A stretch of DNA of 64,000 nt, from NCBI GenBank assembly GCA_035221665.1, contig CM069168.1, positions 6,324,001 to 6,388,000 on the forward strand. Direction: 5' to 3'. The stretch comes from Okamejei kenojei (Eukaryota). The notes below the pieces were generated by a model. It was not told the origin of the DNA. It worked only from the letters and a program-made list of their open reading frames with translations, and made no database searches. Position 1 is the stretch's first letter. Every line of letters begins with the position of its first letter. The position numbers and the translations under genes are program-made. Below, in pieces: positions 11,258 to 25,744 of this stretch.

Positions 11258-13660
11258 TCCTCTCGTAGATAAGATAGTCTACCTCGAGTTACCTCGAGTA
11301 CAGGAAAGATGTTGACCAGCTGGAAAGCATGCAGATAAGATTTACAAGGGCGTTGCCAGGACTCGAGGGCCTGAGCTATATGGAGCGGTTGAGCAAGCTA
11401 GCACTGTATTCCGTGGAGCACAGGTGAACGAGGGGTGATCTTATACAGGTGTATAAAATCATGAGAGATCTAGATCAGGTAGATGCGGAGTCTTTAACCC
11501 AGAGTAGGGGAATCAAGAACCAGAGGACACCAGAGGGGAAAGATTTAATAGGAACACGAGAGGCAACTTTTTCCCCATCCCAAAACATCACCCGTTCCTT
11601 CTCTCCAAAGTTGCTGCCTGTCCCGCTGAGTTACTCCAGCACTTTGTGTTCATTTTTGGTATAAACCAGTATCTGCAGTTCTCTGAAGATAGACACAAAA
11701 TGCTGGAGTAACTCAGTGGATCAGGCCGCATCTCTGGATGGAAGGAATATGGGTGACGTTTCAGGTCAGACTTTTACCTAGACCGCTTCAATAGTTTTCA
11801 AATTGTTCAAATACTCAGAGATTTAAGCACATGTAAATACTTTAAAAAATATTGTTTTAAAATAGAATTGATCATCAAAACACACTAAAATCTCTGAATA
11901 CTTTGAAAACTAATGTATATTTAAAAATAAATTACTTTCCCCATTTAGCAGCATGAATATCCCCAGTGAAATGAATGAAGTCTCACATCCTCCAGTAGGT
12001 TTAATGTCAGGGGTCAGAGAGATGATCCCCAATGTAATGCTGGGGGAATTCGAGCAAATGTGTTTCTGCTGATGGATCGGCAGTAAGTTCATTGACACAG
12101 CAGGTGCAGGGACATCTGTTGCTCAACAAATCCTGAACCTGCACTGGACTCACGAGTCCGGGCCTTAGATCCGTCCACATGCCGAATGTTAATGGATCCC
12201 ATTGGAATTACTGGGGACAACAGGGAGGACCCGGTGTGGGGGGGGGGCGGGAGTGAACAATGGAGGACTCTGCGTGGGGGTGTTTATGTGGCGACCTTGG
12301 GAACACAAGCAAAGAATTTCACCGTGCCTCGTCACATATGATAATTGACGATCCCAATTCCAAATCCAAATCTGTCCCATCATTTATATCCACAAAATTA
12401 ATCTCCCATCTATGCCAGCGGTGAAGGCGGGTTGTTGTGGCTCCATCGGTAAACGCCTTAAAATCAATGTCGGTCTCAGTGAAAGGAACCTACAGTGATT
12501 CGGGAAGTGAGTTAGCCTGCATGTATTTGTGGGGTTTAGTTCGCTTGGGAAATATGCACCCTCCCTCAAGTAAATTTGCTCAGAGATAACGGAATTATAT
12601 AACACTTAATCCATTTAGGTTGGGGACATGGTTTTCATGCAGCTGGGTTTGAACTCCTTCTACAATAAGAATGGATAAAATTAATTTCCACTGTGCTAAA
12701 AGTGGACAGGAGTACTTGTTATCTCAATTTCCCTTGAAATGAACACATTTCAATTTGTGTTCCAATTCATAAGATCATAAGACATAGAAGCAAAATTAGG
12801 CCATTTGGCCCATCGAGTCTGCTCCACCATTCGATCATGGTTGATTTATTTTTCCCTCTCGACCCCATTCTCCTGTCTGCGCCCCGTAATCTTTGACACC
12901 CTTACTAATCAAGCTCCGCTTTTAAAACTCTACAGCCGTCTGTGGCAATGAATTCAACAAACTCACCACCCCCTGAATAAAGAAATTCCTCCTCATCTCG
13001 AATTCTGAAGCTATGTCCTTTTATTTTGAGGCTGTGCACTCTCTTCAAGACTCTTCCACTCGTGGAAACATCCTTTCCATATCCACCATATTTCATTATT
13101 CGGTAGCTTTCATAAGATCCTCATCCTTCCAAACTCACGCGAGTTCAGGGCCAGGTCCATCAAACACTCTTCAGACATTAACCCAATCATCGCTGGGATC
13201 ATTCTCATTAATTACCTTCTCCTGGCTAACAATGATCTAATTTATACTTTCCTTAATCTCCATCCCCTTTGATGTCTCGTTCTCACACCTCACACTTCCT
13301 TATCTCTGTATCTCCCCTGACTCTCTGTCTGAAGAAAGGGTCTCGACCTAAAACTTCACTCATTCCTTCTATCCAGAGATGCTGTCTGTGCTGCTGAGTT
13401 ACTCCAGCATTTTGAGTCTATCTTCCGTTTAAACCGGCATCTGCAGTTCCTTCCTGCACATCACTCTTAGAAACCTCTTGTGGAACCTCTAAAACGGCAG
13501 GACATCCTTCCTCAGATATGTGACCCAAAACAGTGCACAATATTCCAAATGTGGTCTGCCCAGTGCCTTATAAAGGCTCAGCATTACAACCTTGTTTTTA
13601 TATTCTAGTCCTCTCGAAATTAAGTTTGACGAAATTGATGCAACATTCACACACAAATGT

Positions 13661-13666
13661 TTTATT
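13661..13666 (-). terminator. Likely NUDCD3 polyadenylation signal AATAAA
   Basis: AATAAA on the minus strand ~380 nt after the stop, just before repeat sequence resumes. Confidence 0.6.
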
Positions 13667-14042
13667 GTTTAGTTTCAAAACTGTGAATAGGATATAAATA
13701 ACCCTTCTTTCAGGCAAAGAATATGGACAGTATCAAACACTATTTTCACTATTCACAGGAAAGCAACCTACACCGCAAATTTGGAGATCCCTATCAATGA
13801 ACTAGACAGCAAGTAAAGTCTCAGGAGAAAGTACAGTAGGCAAAAGTTAATAGAAATAAATACATTTGTCCGCTACAAAGACTTGGCAACTGATGGTTTG
13901 CGACGACCTTACTCCTAGCCCAGATAACGTCTCATGTTGCTCAAGGGCAGACGGCAATCCATGGTTAGTGCTGGTCTGTGGTGGTGTGAGGGTCAGGGTC
14001 AACTCTGTGTTGTCTGCTGTCCGGTGGCACTGGCAGGGGGAG

Positions 14043-14153
14043 TTAGAACTGCACCGCTCCAGGGGAAATGTTAAACAGCGTCGGGTCGAACTCCTGGCCT
14101 CTAAACGGCGAGCCTTCAGCATCCCAGCCCTTCTTCAACATCTCATGCACTTT
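14043..14153 (-). CDS. NUDCD3: NUDCD3 last coding exon (KVHEMLKKGWDAEGSPFRGQEFDPTLFNISPGAVQF*)
   Basis: Hand-translated conserved C-terminus; acceptor TTTCCAG|AAA; TAA at 14045-14043; 111 nt; total CDS 1077 nt. Confidence 0.98.
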   Translation of the reverse strand, partial: KVHEMLKKGWDAEGSPFRGQEFDPTLFNISPGAVQF

Positions 14154-17100
14154 CTGGAAACGATTGACAAATCAGAAACAATTTTAGACAACGTTCGGGG
14201 TACGAGAGACGGGGAGGAAATGGAGGATGGAATCGACTGTCTTTTCAGGTAGTAACAAGGTGAGCCACACAGGGGTTCCTGGTCCCCACTGGCCAGAGCC
14301 GTGGACAAGGGGACGAGTGGGCAGCATGGTGGGATAGCAGTAGTGACCCGGGTTCAATCCTGACTACAGGTGCTGTCTGTACAGAGTGTGTCCACACAGT
14401 CAGGAACGGAAGATGCTGGTTTACATCATGGACACAAAGTGCTGGAGTAACTCAGCGGGTCAGGCAGCATCTCTGGAGGGAAGGAGTGGGTGACGTTTTG
14501 GGAAGGGTCTCAACGCGAAAGGTCACCCATTCCTTCTCTCCAGATTTGCTGCCTGTCTCGCAGAGTTACTCCAGCATTTTGTGTCTGTCTGTCTGCACGG
14601 AGTCTGTACGTTTTCCCCGTGACCTGCGTGGGTTTTCTCCGGGTGCTCCAGTTTCCTCCCACACTCCAAAGATGTACTGGTTTGTAGGTTTACTGTCTTT
14701 GGTAAAATTGTAAATTGTCCATAATGTGCTAGGATAGTGTTTTTGTACAGGGATCGCTGGAAGCCTTGCACTTGTTGGGCCAAATGGCCTGTTTCAGTGC
14801 GGGTTTGTAGGTTATACAGCATGGAAGCAGGCTCTTCGGCCGAACTTACCCATACCGGATAACATGTTCCCACTACACTAGTTCCACCTACCCACGTTTG
14901 GTCCACAACCCTCCAAACCTGTCCTATTCATGAATCTGTCTAACTGTTTCTTAAATATTTGGATTGATACCAGCCTCAACTACCTCCTCTGGCAGTTTGT
15001 TCCATACAGCCACAACCTTTGTGTGAAAAAGGTACCCCTCCGATTCCTATTAACTCTTTTCCCCTTCATCTTAAACCTGCTTCCTCTTATCCTCGATTCG
15101 CCTACCCTGGCCAGGGGACTGTGCGTCTACCCGATGTATTCCTCTCATGATTTTTATACATGATGTGAATTGTGGTGAGGGTGATGGATGGGCAGCTGGA
15201 GAGAAGCAGGAAGTGGGACCAAAATGAAATCATAGCATCTTCAAGGCAGTTTTCAGACATGGAAGTCAAGGAAGCCAAACCTATTCGCTTTAGCCTGGAG
15301 CACACAGCAAAATAAAGTGCCGGATCAGCATTCCTTAAAACAGATTGTAATGATCTAACTGCTCTGGCTGCCATTTCATTCTGCCATCAGCACAGATCTA
15401 TATTTAGATGTAATTAAGACATCCCTCCAACTCAACATTTACCTACAGTCAAATACTTTGCTGAGAAGCAACGATGTGCCACCTCAGTAGCCTTGCCACT
15501 CACTGTGCAACAAGCCATAAGCATCGTGAGATAATGAGGAGCAATTGGAAATAACAAATACAGAGTCACGAAAGATTGGTCTGGGACTGTGTACAATCCA
15601 AGGTACAAAAAGGACCAGAGTGTCCGAATGAGTCAGCGCATCACAGATATTTGGACACAAAAAATCTGGGATCATCAGTTGATAAAAAAGTCTTCAGCTC
15701 TCTCAAATAAGGTATTGAACGAACAGAATTAACAGAAATATAGAAGGCAGAATTAACTATTTTAGTTAAACATTTCAAATTGTGTTAGCGGTTATTGCAG
15801 CAAAATGGAGATTCCAGAGACTGCAGATACTGGAAGCTTTAAAAGTTTAGTAGCATTGTCTGCTGTTAGTGTTAAAGTTGGTTTTAACAAAGTGGGAAAA
15901 TCCTGCTGTTACTGATAGGGTGTAAACAAATATTTAGCATCATATGAACCACAGGGAACGGGTCTTCTGCAGTGCAGCTCATTGTGCAGCACTCCCTTGG
16001 CACTGCATCAGATTGGCAGTTTATGATCAGCGGGCTTCAATCCACAATCTCGTGTAAGAAGCAAGTGTATGAACATATGCAGTAGTAAACCAGAGAAATG
16101 TCACTTTTCTGGCCACTTTTAACATGGTACAACATTCAAATGCTTTACTCAAAAGCATTATTAACTGACAAAGACAGGCACCAAGCTCACAAAACGACAC
16201 TAGGGAAATTAAATGAAGGATACAAGTTATATGGGACCTCTGCCATAACATGTATTTCCTTAACATGAATTAGATATAACAGGCTTGATGAATTCGGGAA
16301 CACTATTTGTGTTGGGTGATTGTGTGATTTTGATCTAAAACTAGAGATGTAAAAGTTACTTTGGAAATTAATAAACAGAAAAAAAAGCTGCCTTGAGGAA
16401 AAACAGTCTTGGAGAAAAAGAACTGACCGTGTAACCATCTTGCAGTAATCAAACACCATTGTCTGTTAAGAACATAGTCTGTCAGTTTCACCACAAGTGG
16501 TCGCTGAAATTGACAAACAATTAGTTCTATTGACATTTGTGCAAGGATATTCGATTGAACAATGTAATATATAACCTTTAGAATTTTAACTTGCTGTAAT
16601 AAGGTTAATTTTGTAACTATCCTTTGAGGAAACAAACTTGTTATTGCGTGTCTCAAACTCGCCATTTCATGCCCCCTTTCCCCCATTGACACAGTTGTCT
16701 TTATTATTTTCACAATTTTCTTTAATGCAAGTTTTCTTAGGAATGCTACCATCATATTATAGTCGAACTACCTGCATTCGCATTGAAACAGGTACTGTTT
16801 ATGTGGAGTTTGTGCGTTCTCTCTGTGACCAAGTGGGATTTCTCCAGGTGTTCTGGTTTCCTCCCACATTCCAAAGAGGTGCAGGTTGGCAGGGTAATTG
16901 GCCCTCTGTAAGTTGTCCCAAGGGTATAGGGAGTAGATGCACAAGTGGGATAGTATGAACGGGTGATCGATGGTTGGTGTGGCCTCGGTGGGCCCAAGAG
17001 TTTCCACACTGTATGTCTAAACTAAACTAAATCATAAGGTAGGGATCTAGATAAAGCATTGAAATAAATAAAACAATTAAAACTGCATCTTCTTCAGGAT

Positions 17101-17941
17101 CTGACAAGGTTATACCTTCTGAACTGTCTGAATTTTGTAGTCGGCAGGGCAGTACGCTGCATATCGCCAACTTGGACCATTTTACTTTTTTTTTAAATCA
17201 AGCCAATTAACCTACAAACCATGTACGTCTTTGCAGTGTGGGAAGAAACCGAAGATCTCAGAGAAATCCCACACAGATCATAGGGAGAGCGTACAAACTC
17301 CATACAGACAGCACCCGTAGTCGGGATGGAAGCCGGGTCTCTGGCGCTGCATGTTGCTGTAAGGCAGCAACTCTACCACTGTGCCACCGTGTAGTGTGAA
17401 GCTTGAATTACAATCACGTCCAAGACACGTCTACACTTGGATCATCCGACACTTCAATAATGCACTGATGCTGTGATTCCACCCACAACCATCGCAAAAT
17501 CATAAACGGTTACAATTCCTGCGAGTGGCGCCTCCAGATCGGGAAATGTTAAAGGGAATGAAAGCATTCTGTCCACTTGCTTGTGCTGTCTGCAAAGTCA
17601 CATAAACAAGATATCATACCGTAGGTTTGCATTGTGCTGCAATATTAGGTATTTTATGTTCACCACCTAAGCTTATCAAAACTTTCATCAGTCATCAACT
17701 GTAAATAATTATTCAACCAAACATTAGTCATTAGAATTTACCGTCAGCTTTAGTGTGGCTTCTCACATGTGTTTCATTATGTATTCCCCTCCCAAAATGT
17801 CTAATTTATCATTTTGTCCTTTTCCATTTTCAATGGTTTGTAAAGGTTGACTCCAAGACAAGTTGAGTATAGGTTTGTGGAGAAAACTGTGCAGGGATAA
17901 GAATGAGAAGGAGGAGTGCAATTGTCTCTCGATCCAGCTCG

Positions 17942-18212
17942 ACTTAGTTTGGTTTGGAGATACAGCGCGGAAACAGCCCTTCGACCCACCGAGTCCGCGC
18001 CGACCAACACTATCCCACACACAACTTTTACAATTATACCAAGCCAATTAACATACAAACCTGTACGTCTCTGCAGTGTGGTAGGAAACAGGAGATCCCA
18101 GAGAAAACCCACGCAGGTCACAGGGAGAACGTACAAACTCCGCACAGACAAACATCCCTAGTCAGGATCGAACACGGGGCTCTGGCATTGTATGGCAGCT
18201 ACCGTGCCGCCC
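17942..18212 (-). mobile_element. tRNA-derived V-SINE (further copies at ~17212-17392 -, 20040-20365 +, 21424-21655 +, 23030-23320 +, 29748-30000 +)
   Basis: Reverse complement of the same SINE consensus. Confidence 0.82.
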
Positions 18213-18959
18213 TGTACTAGATTCATAGAGTCATGGAGTGATACAGCGTGGAAACAGGCCATTCGGCCCAGCTTGCCCACACCGCCCAACGTGTCCCTGC
18301 CACACTAGTCCCACCTGCCCACATTTGGTACATATGTCCCTCCAAACCTGTCTTATCCACGGACCTGTTTAACTGTTTCCTAAACATTGGGATAATCACT
18401 CCTGCGCTCCAAGGAATAGTGCGCCAGCCTGCTCAACCTCTCCCTATATCCCAGATCTCTATATTGACTTGCCTACTTCATTGCATTTCACATCTTCCTC
18501 CTGGATATTGATTGATTGTTTGAAAGATAAAGTCTTAGTTTGGAGATACAGCATGGAAACAGGTGCTGACCATCGATCACCAGATCACACTGGTTCTATG
18601 TTATCCCACTTTCTCATCCACTCCCTGCACAGTGGGGGCAGTTTATAGAGAGCCAATGAACCGCACCGCACGTCTTTAGGATGTGGGGGAAAACCAGAGC
18701 ACCTGGAGAAAAGTGGAGAAAGTGCAAACTCCACATAAACAGCACATGAGGTCGGGATCGAACTGTGTGTCTGGTGCTGTGAGGTAGCAGCTCCACCAGC
18801 TCCACATCTCAGGAGGATTGCCCAACAGATCCAACGACTCTTGGAATTGCAGGAGGAACAATGGTATTTCTGGAACTTGAAATTCTTTGGGGACTATTTA
18901 TATCAAATGGAGGTAACTTTGGAATTTAGCTGAATTAGAGTATTGAATTGAATTAATCT

Positions 18960-19227
18960 GGACTTTTTTCGGCGACCTGCCGGCACCCGTCATAGTCGCA
19001 GCACATTGATGAAAAATTTCAACATGTTGAAAATCCAGCGACTACTCACCACCAAACAGGCGTCACCACGCGACATCGCGGGGTGACGCCTGTTTGGTGG
19101 CGAGTAGTCGCCCAAAGAGTCGTACCTTTTCCTGGTCGCTGCTCGATTTTCAACATGTTGGAAATTTTCGGCGACCTGCGGGTGCCGGCAAGTCACGGAG
19201 AAAAATCGCGTAAGTGGGACAGGCCCT
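18960..19227. mobile_element. Harbinger-type MITE, left end truncated, with long internal hairpin
   Basis: Right TIR TAAGTGGGACAGGCCCT followed by TAA; 36-bp-arm hairpin at 19038-19111. Confidence 0.75.
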
Positions 19228-19312
19228 TAAACGAAACTAAACTCAAATGTCAAATATAAACAATGAAACGGAAGCTGGGATATTTCTGGAAAACATTAGC
19301 AACATCAATCAC

Positions 19313-19501
19313 CTTTTCATGGCTCTGTGGTTTGCCCTGTATCTTCTGATGATAATCAAAGGTCAGCCTGTCCAGCACTGCGTGCTCCTCCTCATCCACT
19401 GTGGCCATTGAACGCTCTTTATTTATCTTGTCGATGTCTATTGTTTCTTCGCCCTCGAGAATCGCATTCCACCAGTATTCCCCATTTTTATTCAGGTTAA
19501 T
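19313..19501 (-). CDS. NUDCD3: NUDCD3 coding exon 5 (INLNKNGEYWWNAILEGEETIDIDKINKERSMATVDEEEHAVLDRLTFDYHQKIQGKPQSHEK)
   Basis: Near-invariant NUDCD3 sequence; TCACAG|ATT and AAG|GTGAT; 189 nt. Confidence 0.98.
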
Positions 19502-20719
19502 CTGTGAACAGAATAAACATTGAAAGAATGATTTCCGCTGCAAAACGAAACACTTTAAAAATGTACCCAAGATTAATCGGTGTGCGTGTGACCAACATAA
19601 CCCAGGTGGGCGTACAAACACGCACGGCATCCTTTGAAATAATTTAGCACTGGATAGTTTGAGATTTTCTCCACTTGGGGTAGAATTATTCAAGGTCGCT
19701 TAAATAAAACATGACTGAGTCTTTTAAGAATTCCATCTTCAAATGAATGTTGAGACTGGTTAAGGGAAAAGGACAATTCAAATTCACTCCAACTAATACA
19801 TCTCCTCTGTCTGACAAGTGCAAAACAAATTCACAGTCCATAAATGTCAATTAATTCCACACAATATGCATTGTAAGAATAATGACATTGACAAGATTAA
19901 AACGTTCGCCAAACTCATTATCCTCATGGAAGGGCACAAAGTGCTGGTGTAACTCAGCAGTTCAGGCAGTATCGCTGGAGAACATGGACAGGTGACGTTT
20001 CATTCAGGTCCCTTCTTCACACTCTGAAGGGTTGACTCAGTGGCACCATGCTGGCACAGCGATAGAGTTGCCACCTTACAGCTCCAGAGATCCGGGTTTG
20101 GTGCTGACTATGGGTGCTGTCTGTATGGAGTTTGTACGTTCTCCCAGTGACCCGCGTGGGTTTTCTCTGGGTGCTCCGGTTTCCTCCCACACACTAAAGA
20201 CTTACAGGTTTGTGGCTTAATTGGCTTATGTAAATTGTCCCTAGAGTGTAGGATGGTGTAGAATGGTAAGATGGCCTATAGTGTATGAAGTGATCGCTGG
20301 CTGGCATGGACTCAGTGGGCTGAAGGGCCTTTTCCCGCACTGTATCTCGTAGGTAAAGTAACTAAAGACCTGAATTGTCACCTATCCATGTTCTCCAGAG
20401 ATGCTTCCTGACTCGCTGAGTTACTCCAGCATTTTGTGTCTTTTATTTATATAAAGCAGCAAATTGTTACCTAACATTTCCTTATGTGAATTACGGGGGA
20501 AATGAATATTGTTGGCTTTTGTACATATTTCCCTGCATTTACCTGTAGTTTGTCAATTAGTGCAATAAAAGCAAAAAATATAAGGGCTCAACAGTAATGG
20601 ATCTCAAATGTTACGCACTGTGATTCTAGAGTATTGAAGACAAATGAAAAAAAGTTCTGCTGTTTAATAGCATTTAGATCTCCTTCAGGACAGTGTAAGG
20701 TGCATTATAGATAGTTCAA

Positions 20720-20908
20720 GAGGGAACTGCAGATGCTGGAACAATCGAAGGTAGACAAAAATGCTGGAGAAACTCAGCGGGTGAGGCAGCATCTATGGAG
20801 CGAAGGAAACCAACACTATCTTTCGGGTTGAGACCCAAAACGTCACCCATTCCTTCGCTCCATAGATGCTGCCTCACCCGCTGAGTTTCTCCAGCATTTT
20901 TGTCTACC
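20720..20908. mobile_element. Penelope-derived fold-back (inverted terminal repeat) insertion
   Basis: Inverted arms; 15-bp TSD TTATAGATAGTTCAA (20705-20719, 20909-20923). Confidence 0.8.
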
Positions 20909-21659
20909 TTATAGATAGTTCAAAGTAGGTTTGATATGTAACTGTTGTAATGTAAGAAAATTGACAGGCCTAGAATCATAGATATATACACCATGGGAAC
21001 AGGCCATTCAGCCCCAGTCTGTGCCAATGCACTAATCTTACATTAATCCCTTTTGTTTTATTTTTCCCACATTCTCATCAACACATTAGACGTTCACAGA
21101 GGCAGGGACACACACGGCCCCTAGGCTCACCGTTCGTGCCGACCAGCAAGCTCCCATCTACACCAACTCTACACGTGTCCCATTTTATTGTTCCAACATT
21201 CCCATCAACTCCTCCCAGATTTTGCCACAGTCAGATTGCAGAAGGGTCCCGACCTGAAACATTGCTTCTCCTTTTCTCTAGAGGTGCTGCCTGACCTGCT
21301 GAGTTACTCTAGCACTTTGTAGTTTGCTTAAGACTCCAGCATCTGCAGTTCCTTGTGCCTCCCAGATTCTATCATGCCCCTACGTACTTGGGGTAATACA
21401 CACACGGTGGTTAATTAACCCACATGGTGGCGTAGCGGTAGAGTTACTGCCTTACAACGCCAGAGACCCGGGTTCGATCCTGGCTACGGGTGCTTGTTTG
21501 TACAGATTTTGTACATTCTCCCCATGACCTGCGTGGGCTTTTTTCCCACACGCCAAAGACCTACTGGCTTTTAGGTTAATTTGCTTGGTATAAATTATCC
21601 CTAGTGTGTGTAGGACAGCGTTAATGTGTGGGGATCGCTGGTCGGTGCAGACTCTGTCA

Positions 21660-22230
21660 ATATCCCTCCAGTTCCTGCGTATCCTTGTGCCTATCCAATA
21701 GCCTCTTAAGTGCCACTATCATATGTGCCTCCACCACCACCCCAGGCAATGTGTTCCAGGCCCCCACCACTGGCCCAGCACATCTCTTTTAAATGTTGCC
21801 CCTCTAACCTTAAAATGGTGCCCTCTTTGACATTTCCACCCTAGGTAGAAAGTTCTGACTGTCTACCCTATCTTTGCATCTCATAATTTTACAAATTTCT
21901 TTGAGGTGTCCCCTCAGCATCTGACACAGAGAAAACAGCCCAAGTTAGTCCAACCTTACGTTATAGCTAATACCCTCTAGTCTCAGCAGCGTTCTGGTAA
22001 ACCTCTTCTGCACCCTCTCCAAACCTCCACATCCTTCATGTAATAGGATGAGCAGAACTACACATCATACTTAAAATGCGGCCTGTCCAATGACCTTTAA
22101 AGCTGCAACATAACTTCCTGACTCATACGCTTGATGAAAGCAAGCACCGTGCGATTTCTGCACCACTTTATCTACACGCGTGGACACTTTCAGGAAGCTA
22201 TGGAATCGAACCCAAGATCCTTGTGTATGT
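21660..22230 (-). mobile_element. Degenerate CR1 LINE fragment
   Basis: Reverse complement aligns with the other CR1 C-terminal fragments in the window. Confidence 0.7.
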
Positions 22231-25200
22231 ACATCTGTGAGAAACGTGTGTGTGCTATTCAATCACATTATACCATACATGAGTACAATCACGCTATACA
22301 CTTGTACACCGGGTAGTGCAAATAAAAAAACACCAGACCGCAGAATATCGGTTTACAGCATTAAAAACGGCACAAGTGTGGCGTCACCCATTCCTTCTCT
22401 CCAGAGAATCTGCCTGTCCCGTTGAGTTACTCCAGCATTTTGTGTCCATAGAGGATCTATTATCATCTACTACAATCACTTCACTTTAGATTCAAGGAGA
22501 TAAGATTGCAGACCACAGATCCACAAATTGCCGGGCTCTTCGGTAGTTCAATCAGATTGGAGTTATCCTGGAAGCTTCCCTTCAGCACAGGATTTCTGCC
22601 CAATTCTCGCAAAGATACGTTCTGCCAAACCAAGGGGTTCGTACAAATAAAGCTGTGCTTCTTGCTGAGGCTGACAGCGTTTATGTACATTTTAATTGGA
22701 TTTTCCATATTTAGAGATTTTCTCATCACCAACATTGATGTAATACATCTTAGAACGTTTGGAGCTAGGCTCAGTATAAGAGGTTGAAACCTCCACATTG
22801 CGTTTTGTGTGTGAAGAATATTGCTCCAAATTCTAATGCATGCTAGCTTATTTTGAGGCTATTTAGTATATGGGTAAGCTTTTATCCAGTGTGCCTTCTG
22901 GTGCATTCACACCACAAGTCTAGAGTGGTTTTATATTGCAATGTCCAGTTTTTATACACAAGGAAATCCAATGCCCATCCACAGCCCAGGCCACTGCTCA
23001 TTATACAGCTGCAGGCAGCTGACCGACGGAGTGGCGTGGCTGGTAGAACCACTGCCCCACAGCGAGCCATGTTCGATCCTGACCTCAGCTGCTGCCTGTG
23101 TGTAGCTTGCACGTTCTCCCTGTGACTGCGTGGGTTTCCTCCGGGTGCTCCGGTCCCCCCCCCCCCACATCCCAAAAGATTGGCCCTCTGTAAACTGCCC
23201 CTAGTGTATAGAGAACAGATGAGTAAGTGGGATAACATAGGACTAATGTGAACCGGTGAGCAATGGTTAGCATGGACTCGATGGGTTGAAGGGCCTGTTA
23301 CCATGATGTATCTTTCAACCATTCAAGATGAGCTGGCAAATAATTCCAAAAATATCATTTCCAATTATTAAAATGGAACACATTTACCATGGATTTGATG
23401 CTTGCCGCTTGAAATCTCACTGGGATGGTGGTTATATTATAAGCATTTTCATCTGGTGACCAAAAGCAATGATCTGTGGAAAGATTCTCAGGACTGTACT
23501 CTGTGCTCTGTACTCTAAGAACAACGGGATTGTGGCTAAGGTTGTCTCTCAAGATGAAGACATATATTTTGGGATGGCTAATGCTTATAGAAATGTTTAA
23601 AGAGCAACAGTTGGGAGAGGTTTTCACTTACTTTGACAATCTCTGGGTAACATTTAAAAGGCTAACACATAAAATCATTATTAAATACAATATATCTTTA
23701 TGCGTGCACTTTGACGTGAATGCCGGGGGGGGGGGGGGTGGGAGGGGGGAGACACCAATTAAACTATAAACTACGGACTGTCTTTGGTTCACTAAGGGCT
23801 TTAGTTTTTTTTGTAGAGATGTGTTTTCTAGGAGTATTATGGTTACAGACCTGTTATGCTGCTAAGAATTTTATCATGCTGTTGTTGGTTATGACAACTA
23901 AACACTCTTGACTTGACTCTTGAATGTGGAGTCCAAAAAGGATTGAATTAATTTAATATGCAGGGCGAACTGCAGATGTTGGTTTAAATCGAAGAAAGAC
24001 ACAAAATGCTGGAGTAACTCAGCGGGATAGCCTGAAGAAGGGTCTCGACCCAAAACGTCACACATTCCATCTCTCCAGAGTTGCAGCCTGTCCCGCTGAG
24101 TTACTTCAGCATTTTGTGTCTATCTCCGAATTAATTTATCATTGATGGCACGGATGTGTTGCTTCAGCCATTCATTCCCAGGCCGTCAGTCAATGAGCTT
24201 GCCTCAATTCCCAGGGTGTCATCAACAGATAACAAGGCAGGAGAGGGAGGAGACATAATTTGCGATAATTCTCACTAAGATTAATTGAACTGATACCATT
24301 TTCAGCAAACTGATGACACTGATAGCGGCAGCTAGATATGTGTAGATATCAATAGATCTCAGTGAGTGGGGAACCTGTTATGCTTGAGGTTTTGTGGCTT
24401 TAGTAAAAAGATGAATATATTTTCCATGCAGGTGGCTTAAGGTACAGACTGCTGTCTGTAGTAATGGTATCTCACGGAAATCTTATTTCTTTATTTCTGT
24501 GCGAAATGAAGAAATAAGATTGGAAAACTGGTCACCGTACTAAGAACTTTTGAAACTTAATTGGCTCCAGAAACCTAGCGGCTCTTTGTCTACTGCCCAG
24601 GTGAAGTTTGCTGTATGAATTTGCTGGATTGTAGGCAAAAACAAAGAATTTCACTGTACCAAGGCACATGTGGTAATAAAGATTCATTGAACAATTGTTA
24701 AATGATTTTAAAAATCAAGGCTGGCGTAAGAAAGTGAAGATATAGAGACAAGTGGAGAGACATGAAACACCCCGTGATGTTGCCATGTCCGAATTCAGGT
24801 GCATTTAGAGAAACAAGCAACTGCAGATGCTGGTTTGCAAAAAAAAGAACCAAAGTGCTGGAGTAACCTTGTGTAGGAAAGAACTGCAGATGCTGGTTTA
24901 AACCGAAGATAGACACAAAAAGCTGGAGTAACTCAGCAGATCAGACAGCATCCCTGGAAAAAAGGACTAGGTGATGTTTCGGGTCGAGACCTTTCTTTCC
25001 CCTGACTCTCGGTCTGAAGAAGGGTCTTGAACCAAAATGTCATCTATTCCTTTTCTCCAGAGATGCTGTGTGGCCTGCTGAGTTTTTGTGTCTATCTTCT
25101 GCAAGAGTAACTCCATGGGTCAGGTATCATCTCTGGAGATCATGGATAGGCAAAGTTTCTGGTCGGGACATCTGGTTGGGTTGGTGACATCATTGGCCAG

Positions 25201-25744
25201 TGACATCATTCCAGCCGCTGAGCATACAAGAGTGTGTTAATGCTAAGACTAAGGAGAGAAATAGGATCAAACCTTATGCTGCATCTGTGACAACAGCAAG
25301 ACTGGCCCTATCCCAATTCAGTATCTTTAAACACTTCCTGCATTCAGAATATTTTCTGATAAATACATTTTCTTGCACTGCAAGATAAACTGAGCAAATT
25401 TCATAAACAACCATTTGAAAGAGGCTTAACTACCAGTCATTAGCATTCAGTAGGGTGAGGTATAACATACAAACTAAGAAGTGTAATTTTCCAACCAGCT
25501 GATCCCCGCATTAACGGGTGACATTTTGGGTCTTTAGTTACTATCCCCTTCCAGAATTCACAAATCCCTACACAAAAAATAGAGATGTGGAACAAAATAT
25601 GCTCTTATATGGCAGATAAATAAATAAACACAAAGTGCAAATGAAACAAGGATTTTTGCTCATTTTTATTTTTAATGGTGAACGTGGAATAGAACATAGA
25701 ATGGGGACGTGCCCTTTGGCCTGCAATGTTTGTGTCCAACATTG

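Noticed and set aside
10067-11315. 200-300 aa ORFs
   Set aside because: Read through N gaps and (TG)n repeats
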